Assembly: GCA_051294375.1 (NCBI GenBank)
Contig: CM119265.1
Span: forward strand, 26,413,472-26,477,471
Length of the DNA stretch: 64,000 bases
Source: Paraspadella gotoi
Taxonomy: Eukaryota; Animalia; Chaetognatha
Reading direction: 5' to 3'
Shown here: in pieces, positions 54,076-64,000 of the stretch
How positions within the stretch are numbered: position 1 is the first letter of the stretch
Layout of the letters: each line of letters begins with the position of its first letter
The notes under the pieces: model-generated
Databases searched by the model: none
What the model was told of the DNA's origin: nothing
The model's input: only the letters and a program-made list of their open reading frames with translations
Translations under genes and position numbers: made by a program

Positions 54076-55029
54076 TCTTTTCCTGTTAGTCTCTCTCTGT
54101 GACTCTCTCTGTCTTTCTCTCCTCTCTCTTCTCCTCTCTCTCTCTGTGTACGATTTCTTGCGTGATCGTTCGTTTTTTTAAAAATTTATGATTATTTTTT
54201 CGCTTCTAAAAACATTTATTATCACCATTTATCCTATTTTAACATCCAAGATTTTCGGGAATTTATTTTAGAAAAAAGTGAAGAATAACTCATATGTCCA
54301 AGAAATTTTACGCTTCTCTCCATCTCTCTCACGTCGCTAACATGATTGTTATTAAAGAAAAAAATATATAATAAGCAAATAGAATATTTAATACAGATTT
54401 ACATTGCCAGAGGAAATCTTTTTATACTAGGTCCAATGTTGTTGTTTGTTGATCTCTATCTCTCTTTCTGTCTCTTTCTCTCTTTACGATCTCTTGCGTG
54501 ATCGTTCGTTTTTTGATAAATTCTGATTATTTTTTTCCTTCTAAAACTTTTTATTATCGCCATTTATTCCGCGCTTTTTTCTCTTTACCTGGATTTCTGG
54601 CCGTTGCGAGGCACCGAGTAACAATGTCAAGGAACATGACCTAGTAACGCTAACTGAGTATTTTTCAACTATTATATTATTGTTAATAGGGATATAATTT
54701 TTCAACGTACAAACAATTTCTTATATGGCTTCTTTTTCTCTCCTCTCTCTCTTTTCTCCCCTCTCTCTCTCTCTCTCTCTTCTCTCTTTTTTTTTTTTTC
54801 CCTTCTAAAACATTTTATTATCGCCATTTATCCCCGCTTTTTTCTCAATACAATATATAAAAATTACTGATTATTCTTTATATAAAACGAGAGAGACCTA
54901 ATAATGCGTTTCGTTGGCGGGAAAACTGTCCAGCCTCTCTCTTCTCTCTCTCTCTCTCTTCTCTGCTCTCTCAATCTCTCTCTCCTCTCTCTCTCTCTTC
55001 ACTCATACACACAGCATTTGTTTGTTTAA

Positions 55030-55260
55030 TTTACGATGAATGATTCATACGCGTCAATGAATTACTATCAATCGCATCAATGAAATGAACTATCATCGTA
55101 TCAATGAATGATTATCATACATATCAATAAATGACATATCATAGCATCAATCATTTGATTATCATCACATCAAGTCATTTTGTTATCATCGCATCAATAT
55201 ATTGGTTTATCATCGCGTCAATATTTGGTTATCATCGCATCAATATTTGGTTACTATCGA
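55030..55260. repeat. ~20-21-bp minisatellite
   Basis: About 10 copies of atcatcgcatcaat(gaatgatt/atttggtt). Confidence 0.8.
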
Positions 55261-55539
55261 AAGCGGTCGATCTTTATTCTTTTAAGATTTTTATTTAATG
55301 TAATGTAGTAGTAAGAGTCATAATTGCTCTTAAAAAGACACATTTTCTCTTCATCCCTAAAAATCCTGTCATTAGTTTACAAATAAAACATCATTAAAAA
55401 ATGTCTGCACTCAAGAGCCAAGACTCCTTTCGCCAACAATGTTAATTAAATAGTGAATTTCCCTTTCTTGATTTTAAAGCGGTCGACGTATTGCTCGACT
55501 TAAGTCTTATTACACCTGTTATCACTCAGCAAATGGAAT

Positions 55540-55607
<68 letters not shown>

Positions 55608-55851
55608 AGAGAGCAAGAGGATAAACAGCTGGGTTCACCTTCCTGGGATCCGTTCCAATTAACCTTTTCCATTGGCCGCTCCTTCCTCCAAATAACGCTC
55701 CCCCCCCCTCGATCCGCCCCCTCGTTCCCCCCCCCTCTCTCCCTCCATCTCTCCCCCTTCTCATCTCTTTTTCTTCTTCTTTTCGATCCAACTTTATCTA
55801 AATCAACTCACTTTGCCTTTAATCTCCTTATTCCTTTTCATTATATCTCAT

Positions 55852-56035
55852 TGTGATTAAACTTCTTTCGTTGTGTTTTAGATAATTGAAACTAAAGACA
55901 AAGTCTTGATACAGCAACGATTTATATTTATTGTACAGACAAGTTTCGGCTTTCATTCAGCCTTCAATCATTGTCTGTACAATAAAAAATAAAAAATGTT
56001 GCTGTATCAAGACTTTGTCTTTAGTTTCAATTATC
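55852..56035 (-). mobile_element. Minimal Penelope-like insertion: pLTR tail plus inverted copy, with hammerhead remnant
   Basis: Inverted arms 55881-55942 and 55971-56035. The loop on the minus strand reads TGATTGA-AGGCTGAATGAAAGCC-GAAAC-TTGTC. The direct repeat tcattatatctcat lies at 55838-55851 and 56034-56047. Confidence 0.72.
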
Positions 56036-56534
56036 ATTATATCTCATAAATTAATCTCTCTATTTCATTCTGCACTTATTCTATTCAGTCTTCTTCTAGT
56101 TCTAATTGTCGTCTTAATCATCAATTTTGTTAATAGCTTCGTTTTAGGAATATATACATGATAGTCTAACTCACTGACTGATGACTCATGACTTCTACTC
56201 ACCGAGCGTCCATCCAAATATTTTAGCTAAGTTTTTCTTCATCATTTAATTCATTCTTCCTTTCTGAAATCGTCCACCACCTCAAACCACCTTCACCCCT
56301 TTCCCCCCCCCTAGTTTCCCCCGAAGATCGTTGAAACCAAAGAGCGATGCTTTTGAGTAAAGTTCCTTCACCACACCGGGCCAACACTGAAGCCGCCGCC
56401 TGCCGCTGCCGCCTGCCGCTGCCGCCTGCCGTAGCCGACGCCGCCGCAGCCGCCGACGCCATTAGAGCCTCAAAAGAAAGTCTCTCGCAGCGGGAGAAGT
56501 TTCTGCCGATTTTTGCTCAGGCTCTCTCTCTCTG

Positions 56535-56669
<135 letters not shown>

Positions 56670-57179
56670 CTCTTTATCTCTCTCTCTCTGTATATATCTT
56701 TATATATATATCTTTATCTCTCTCTCTCTCGCTGTTTTGTTTTTCTGCTTCTTTTTTCTCTTCCTTTCCTTATATTCTCCTTCCTATCTTCTTTTATTTT
56801 TCTATAACTCTTTCATTTAATATTTTCCTTATCCTTTTATCTTTTGTCTCTTTTTCTTTCCTCCTTTTTTTTCTCTCCACATTTTATTTTATCTTCCTCT
56901 TCCTCTTCTTCCCTCTTTCTTTTCTTTCCTTTTCCTTCATTTCTTTTCGCTTCTTCCAACTCACGATTCCATCTTCTCTATTTATCCATTTTCTCCCTTT
57001 TTTTCTTTTTTTTTCCCATTTTCTCCATTTTCTCCCTGTTTTCTCCATTTCCATTTCTGCATCCGGTCGAATTTCCGCCCGCATTTTTCTTCTTCCGGTA
57101 AAAGCGTCCGGTTCATTCGGCCATTTTTTTCCTCCGACGGAAAAACGGATTTTCTTTTCTCGATTTCGAGAGCGAATGA

Positions 57180-57376
57180 AATGAGGAGATATGAACTGAG
57201 GGGATATGAACTGAGGGGATATGAACTGAGGGGATATGAACTGAGGGGATATGAAATGAGGAGATATGAACTGAGGGGATATGAACTGAGGGGATATAAA
57301 ATGAGGAGATATGACCTGAGGAGATATGAAATGAAGAGATATAAAATGAGGAGATATGAACTGAGGAGATATGAAG
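57180..57376. repeat. 15-bp minisatellite
   Basis: About 13 copies of atgaactgaggggat / atgaaatgaggagat. Confidence 0.92.
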
Positions 57377-58223
57377 GAAAGTGATCCCGAGTTTATTAGA
57401 CGGGATAAGGGATGGGGAAAAAGATTTTGTAACTTGTATGGAGCACGTGACTTCTTGTTTTATATCGGTTTATTTTATTTTTTTATTTTTGAATAAAATA
57501 AAAATATTTTAACGAAATTTAAATTTTTTTTTCTTATTTCAGAACAAAGAAATAAAGAAACGAAAGGAAAATCTCTCCATTATCCAAGTACGATTTAAGT
57601 TGAAGGTCTTCAAGGTAGAGGAATCGAGAAAAATAAAAAAAGCCTCGTGAAATTAAGGGTCATGAAATGAAAGACGTGTCACAAGGCGACGAATATGAGA
57701 ATATGGGGCATATGAGACACTATTGGCCACAAGGATATGTGGAGCAAGAGAACAAGAGGCAAAAAAAAAAGAAAATTGGAAGATCAGGTGGAAAAAGATT
57801 TCGAGTTTGACATCGAATTCAATTTAATGGTTTCTGGAGGAATTTGGTGCAAATATGGTGCAAATATGGTGAAAATATGGTGCAAATATGTGCATACGTC
57901 AGAGGCAGTAGGTCGACTGAGAAAAAAAGGGTTTGGTCGGTTATTGGGGCAAAGATTCCTCTGGAAAAAAAATTAATTAATTAATTAATTAACTAATTAA
58001 TTAATTTTTGAAAAAAGTTTGACGTAAATTCAAGTTTTTAACTTTTTGAGAATAAATGATTAAATGTGCGAATTAATCTTTTCAAACTCTTTTACAATTT
58101 AGATTTTACATTAAGAGAATCACGAATTTGGTAAAGAAACTTTTTTTGTATTGGAAAGAGAATTATTCACTCGAGTTGATAAATCGTTTTTGTGTCGAAG
58201 AATCCATTCAATTTATTTGTTGC

Positions 58224-58345
<122 letters not shown>

Positions 58346-58887
58346 ATATCCATGTTCTTTTCATATTCGGCTTTTTTTGATTGATGACTTCAAAAAGGCT
58401 ACGCGTTCAACCATTAAGTTCATGAGCTCATGTTTTTCCTCTTTTAATCTTCCTCATTTTTTAAGGACTCAACTTTCAACAACGAATTGGGGACCAGTTT
58501 AGTTTTAATCATTTACCAATATTACAATCTCTGAGTCCATATGCAAAATATTTATAAAAAAAAGCCACCTGAGTAAAAACACTAAAGTCCACTAAAATTA
58601 TTAAATTTTTTTTAGAACTATAAATGACATGAGTAATTTCATTTCGTCGGTATAAAAAATAAAAAGACATGATTTCAACTTTCGCCTTTCCCTCATGACA
58701 TGACATGATTTCAATGACATGACTTGACATGATTTCAACTTTCGCTTTTCGCTCATTTATTTTCTTTTCAATAGTTAAAAAAACGAATAAACATCAATCC
58801 TTTATTCTTCAATTAAAATTTCGAATAAAAAAACAATTCATGATAAAAAGCATCTAAAAAAAAAGGAAATCCACATTTTTTTCATAT

Positions 58888-59591
58888 TCAGCAAATATTT
58901 TCGTTCATGCATTTGGTTCTCCATTCGGCCATCGTGAAACTTGGACTCATTCTGTGATTCGATCTCACCTTTGGAGAAAAACAATTGTGAAATGAGATCG
59001 ATCGTCGTAGGAGATGATTATTAAATGAGAAGAATTTTTTCAATCTCATTTACATATTGTAGTATTTAACCTAAATGAGTTCATATTCATTTTATGGTTT
59101 AACTGTATTTGTTGAACACATTGGTATTTAGGCACTTCTATATCGTTTTCGAAAAAAACAACATCACTTTCTTATTAAACAACTAATTTAGACAAACTTG
59201 ACTAAAAATTAAGATTTTTTTTATCATTTCGTCAAAATAAATCAATAAAGCAAACTCGTTCCAAATTTCACTCACGTGTCTCAACGCTTCCCCAGTCTCT
59301 CGTCCAATCGTCTTCCCGAATTTGCAAATGATCTCCCCTGGGACGTGACCGCCGTAGCTGCCCGGGGTAATTGCAAGGGTAAGTGCAAAGGTAAGTGCAA
59401 AGGGAAAAATAGGATTTGGTCAAGTCTTTGTGGGTTCGAATGTCAAATTTTTCATGAAGAAAAAAAGGTAATCTCACAACGAGGTTATCACCTCCCAGAA
59501 TCAGTGATCACTATACGACTTATCAAAGTAAGTTACTCCATCGACTTACCCGAATTACTCACCTCCCGAGGCCCAACAGTACCGACCCAGT

Positions 59592-59679
<88 letters not shown>

Positions 59680-61039
59680 CCTCAAACTAACTCGATTCTC
59701 TCTGGCACGAAACTTTTCCGGACGCGGAACTACTTCCTCACTTTTCTTTTCTCTCTTTTTTCCTCTCTTTAACTCTCTTTTCCTCTAAATTTCTCTCTTT
59801 TTATTTCTTTTCTTTTCCCTTCTTCCTTTTTGTTCCTTTCTTTTTTTCGCTCTTTGCTTTTCTTATTTTTTCTTTTCCTCTCTGTTACTTCTTTTTCTTT
59901 TCTTTTCCTTTCCCTCTTCCTTTCTGTTCCTTTCTTTCCCTCTCTTTTCTTATCTTTTCTTATCTTTTTTTCTCATTTTTCTTATGTTACTCTCTTTTCC
60001 TTTTTTATCTTTCTTTCCCTCTCTTTTCTTATCTTTTCCTCTTATTCTTTCTCATTTCCTCTCTTTTACTTTCCTTTCTAATCTTTTCCTCTCTTTATTT
60101 ATTATTTTCTCCATTTTTCTGTCTTTCCATCTATTTTCCTCTCTACTTTTCATTTCTTTCCTTCTTTTCTTTTTTCCTCTCTTTTCTTCTCTTTCTTCTT
60201 TTTCAAATGTTTTTACCTTTTCGCACTTTCTCTCTCTCTCTCGGTTTCTCCAGGGAGAAAAACGCTTTTAGTTTTTGATCATAATAAAGTGGAACTCAAA
60301 AAAGCGAGGAAATAAGGAAAGAATTAAGGGAGGAAAATAAAAGGAAAAAGAAGGTGCTGTGTGGAAAGGAAGGTAAATAAGAAAAATGGGTAAAGAAAAA
60401 AAAATAGTTACATAAAGAAACAAACAAACTGAAATTGATTAGTTAATATTTGAAAGTAAAATATCTTAAATATGCGTATATAGATTTTAATAGTACCTAA
60501 AAAAGAAAACTAATCTTGTTAATATCATAACTATCATAAGTAAAATAGTCTTGTAATTTTTAATAACTTTTTCTAGAAAATAATACAGTCGTCTNNNNNN
60601 NNNNNNNNNNNNNNNNNNNNNNNNNNNNNNNNTGCTTCGATTCCCGATCTCGATGATGGCCGTCGGACAATCGGGCGGACAGTGCGGACGATGCCTGTCC
60701 GTCCGTCCGTACTTTTGTCCCTCCGGCCCGAACTGATAGTGGGCGGCCCAGTGTCCCTCGGAGGTGCCGTCTCTGTACTGGACCCATTTGCAACACGGGT
60801 CGTAGGTTCGATCGACGGCCGATCCGGGTTTCTCCGGTTGGTAGCCGCATTTGACTCTGTCCCGCAAAAATAGGTCAAATTAATATTTACTAATTACTAT
60901 GACCACTACTATTATTAATTATACGTAAAATGTCAATTATCAATAAAGCACTTTTGGATGAATACATATTATGCTCACAAATTATTTAAAGCGGACGTGA
61001 CGAGCTCTCTCTCTCTCAATCTCTCTCTCTTCTCTCCTC

Positions 61040-61079
<40 letters not shown>

Positions 61080-61160
61080 CTCTCTCTTCTCTCATTCTTC
61101 TTTCTCTTTCCCCTAAAGACGAAAAAAAGCGAATTTTCGCCTAAAGAGATGATCTCTCCT

Positions 61161-61239
<79 letters not shown>

Positions 61240-62133
61240 CTCTCTCTTTCTCTCTCCGACTCAACGATGAAAAACGACTTCGATAAAGACGCGTCCTTGG
61301 CGAATCACAACAACAACAACAACAACAAAACGACAACCACCGTCCCTCCCCCCCCCCAACACCGCGTCGTCGCCACCAGAGATGAAGAAGCTAATGTATA
61401 ACCTGACAAGGAAAATGGCCGAAAAATGATGACCGACATAAAATATGTTATTTCCACTTCTCTTTTAAGGCCGCTTTGAGGATTAGGCAACGTCGATGCC
61501 ACGCAATGTACCTTTTTTCGAGGCTGTTTTTTTTGGTTTTGTTTTGTTATGTTTTGGTGTTTGTTTTTGGGCTGGTTTAATAAATATTTACATTTATTCT
61601 ATTTTTTATTTTTTTAAATTTAAATTTTTTAAATTTGTAAATTTTAATTCTTAATTTTTTAATTTTTATTAATTTGTAAATTTTTAATTTTTAAATAATT
61701 AATTTTTAAAATTTTTAACTCTAAAATTGTAATTTTTAATTTTTAATTTTTAAATAATTAATTTTTAAAATTTTTAACTCTAAAATTGTAAGTTTTTTAT
61801 TTTTAATTTTTAAATAATTAATTTTTAAAATTTTTAACTCTAAAATTGTAAGTTTTTTTAATTTTTAAATTTTTATTTTTTAAAATTTTTAATTTTCAAA
61901 ATTTTAAAATTTAATTTTTTTTTAATTTTAAAATTTTTTATTTTTTTAATTTTTTTTATTTTTAGAATTTTTAATTTTTTAATTTTTTTTAATCTTTTAA
62001 TTTTTATAATGAGAACGCTTGTTATCAGAATCGACAAGAATAACGAAGTGGACCAATTCCCACCTGTAATCTTCTCCTTGGCAATAAGGGTCGATGGCTC
62101 CCATTCCTTTCGGGAGGCAGAAACTGCGTCTCT
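58888..62133 (-). CDS. Spliced gene with a FAM166/CIMIP2-like (PYG-type) ciliary/sperm microtubule-inner-protein motif
   Basis: Phase-compatible GT-AG exons 62133-62064, 60856-60713, 59357-59276 and 58968-58888 encode ...RRSFCLPKGMGAIDPYCQGEDYR/VKCGYQPEKPGSAVDRTYDPCCKWVQYRDGTSEGHWAAHYQFGPEGQN/YGGHVPGEIICKFGKTIGRETGEALRH/VRSNHRMSPSFTMAEWRTKCMNENIC*. YGGHVPG...FGKTIG..T resembles the FAM166-type GY.G..P.....FG.TYG..T repeat. Confidence 0.65.
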
Positions 62134-62429
62134 CTGTGAGAATAGGAGAAAAAAATGATCTCTCTCTCTCCCCCTGTCTCCCTCTCTCTCCCTCCTCTCA
62201 CTCTCTTTCTCTCTCTCTCTCCCTTCTCTTTCTCTCTCTCTTTTCTCTCCTCTCTCTCTCTCTCCCCCCCTCTCTCTCTCTCCCCTTCTCTCTCTCCATC
62301 TCTCTTTCTCCTCTTTCTTTCTCTCTCTCTTTTCTCTCTATTCTCTCTTTCTCTCTCTCCTCCCTCTCTCTCTCCCTCTCCCTCTATCTCTCTCTCTCTC
62401 TCTCCCTCTCCCTTCTATATATCTCTCTC

Positions 62430-62480
<51 letters not shown>

Positions 62481-62704
62481 TTTTTTTCTCCTCTCTCTCT
62501 CTCTCCCTCTCCCTCTCTCTCTCCCTCTCTCTCCCACAACCTCTATGATGCCCCTTCTTTCCTAATTGGCGCATTACGTCTTCAGGCAAGAAAATGACGT
62601 TGTAACAGGCGTTCGAAGGTTTGGACGGGCATGCGGGCTGCTGTAAGAGGGACGTTGATGTTGTAAGAGGTGTGAGCGATGTAGTTGGAGAAGTGAGTGA
62701 GAGA

Positions 62705-62852
62705 GGAGAAGAGATAGGAGGTGATAGGGCACAGAGAGAGGAGGTGATAAGGCGTTGTGTTGAGATAGGAGGTGATAGGGGACAGAGAGAGGAGGTGATA
62801 AGGCGTTGTGTTGAGATAGGAGGTGATAGGGCACAGAGAGAGGAGGTGATAA
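62705..62852. repeat. 54-bp tandem repeat (about 2.7 copies)
   Basis: gagataggaggtgatagggcacagagagaggaggtgataaggcgttgtgtt repeated. Confidence 0.85.
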
Positions 62853-63349
62853 AGCGGTCGTTAAGATAAGGACGCTAGTGATTTTATCAGATGGAGAGTA
62901 ATTTTGTGAAAGAGTGAGAATCAAGGAGAAAGAAAGAAAAGAAATAAAAGGGAAGGGAGAGATTTTAAAGACTTTGTCACTAGTTCTATCATTTACGTTA
63001 CAAATACTACTTTTGTTAAAACTTCAAAAGAAAACTTTGTCTTTTTTGAATGCTCAGTGTAATAGCACCAATCTCGTTGACGTCTATCGGTTCAAGTTAT
63101 TCTCAAAATGGTGTCACCAAGCCAAAGCTTGTCCCCCCATTTCTAATCTCATCCCTTTTCTTTCAATTTAATCCTCCCTTCCCCACCCCTTTCCTATTTC
63201 CTCACCCCTTCCCTCACCTTTCTCCCCCCTTCCTTTCCCCTCTCCCTTCCCCACCCACCCCTTCCTCCTTCTCTCCCCCCTTCCCTTCCCCCTTCTTTGC
63301 CCCTTCCTTGCCCCCCCCCCTCCCCCCTTCCCACCCTCAGACTCTCTAC

Positions 63350-64000
63350 CTTCTCTTTTTCTTCCCCCGCCGCAACCAATCTCCGCCCTTTGGTCACAAG
63401 AGTTTTTTCCAGAATCACAGGTCGACGTTTTGTGTCCATCGCCGCAACCCGTCTTGGAAGACTCTTTGCAACAGGAGAGTTTGACAACCTCCTTGCCGCA
63501 ACTTCTTTTGGCAGGCTCCTCTCCGCAACTCGGCTTGACGGCCTCCTTGCAGCACGACAGTTTCGCAACCTCCTTGCCGCAACTTCTTTTGGCAGGCTCC
63601 TCTCCGCAACCCGTCTTGGATGTCTCTTTGCAGCAAGAGAGTTTCACAGCCTCCTTGCCGCAACTTCTTTTGACAGGCTCTTCGCCGCAACTCGGCTTGA
63701 CGGCCTCCTTGCAGCACGACATTTTAACAACCTCCTTGCCGCAGTTTTTCCTGGCGGCATCGTCGCCGCAACCTTTCTTGGCTGCAGCTACACAGCACGA
63801 CAGTTTGGCAAAGTCCTTGCCGCAACCTTGTTGACCGGCGTCCTGACCGCACTGTCTTCTGGCGGCCTCCTTGCAGCACGAAAGTTTCGCCAAGTCTTTG
63901 CCGCAATCTTTTTCTCCGACGTCTCTGCCGCAACCTGAGTTTGCGGTAGCCTTGCAGCATTTTCTCTCTGCGGCCAAAGCTTCGACGTCGGAACGTAGGA
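63350..64000 (-). CDS. Exon encoding a Cys/Lys/Gly-rich repeat domain (CC-x7-C-x8-C-x8), open to the window edge
   Basis: Six full 27-aa units plus a partial seventh, e.g. CCKEAVKPSCGEEPAKRSCGKEVVKLS. The frame is kept despite nucleotide divergence. Donor AAG|GTAGAG at 63350/63349. The frame stays open upstream (LRSDVEALAAERKCC). Confidence 0.75.

Noticed and set aside
57181-57384. (RGYEL)n ORF or CRISPR-like periodicity
   Set aside because: Plain 15-bp minisatellite with no unique spacers, in a eukaryotic context.
59276-59788. Plus-strand 170-aa ORF with CKGKCKGKCKGK
   Set aside because: It lies antisense to a better-supported minus-strand exon; the Cys pattern comes from a 12-bp intronic repeat and the tail is microsatellite.
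63168-63349. Gly/Arg/Glu-rich C-terminal tail of the 269-aa ORF
   Set aside because: Low-complexity purine tract following a GT donor; probably intron read-through.

Overview
Eukaryotic, very likely invertebrate animal, draft-assembly window. It is AT-rich, full of (GA/CT)n microsatellites and has nine N gaps (1376-1958, 11071-11921, 13026-13035, 27963-27987, 31528-32038, 32250-32259, 38092-38116, 52131-52631, 60595-60632). Several stretches are indel-noisy, as expected from long-read gap filling. Most ORF-track entries are microsatellite artefacts. Supported genes: a 7-exon cytosolic sulfotransferase (28682-30431, +); the 3' end of a SPOP-like BTB/BACK gene (32040-32249, +); and, on the minus strand at 58888-64000, four phase-compatible exons encoding a FAM166/CIMIP2-like ciliary microtubule-inner-protein motif. 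These can be spliced in frame to an upstream exon with a strictly 9/27-aa periodic Cys-rich repeat. Mobile elements: a 5'-truncated Penelope-like element (PLE) with a hammerhead ribozyme, nested in a TA-flanked MITE; a second PLE reduced to a ~185-bp hairpin; a ~2-kb gag-only BEL/Pao LTR element without a canonical PBS; a solo LTR with a 5-bp TSD; and HINE-like and SINE-like fragments. Large-scale structure: a three-copy ~5-kb tandem array (8.5-26 kb) whose copies carry different LTR insertions, and a ~4.5-kb inverted duplication (33.3-37.7 kb vs 43.5-48.2 kb) that may be an assembly artefact. All family assignments are from motif recognition by eye; no database searches were run.
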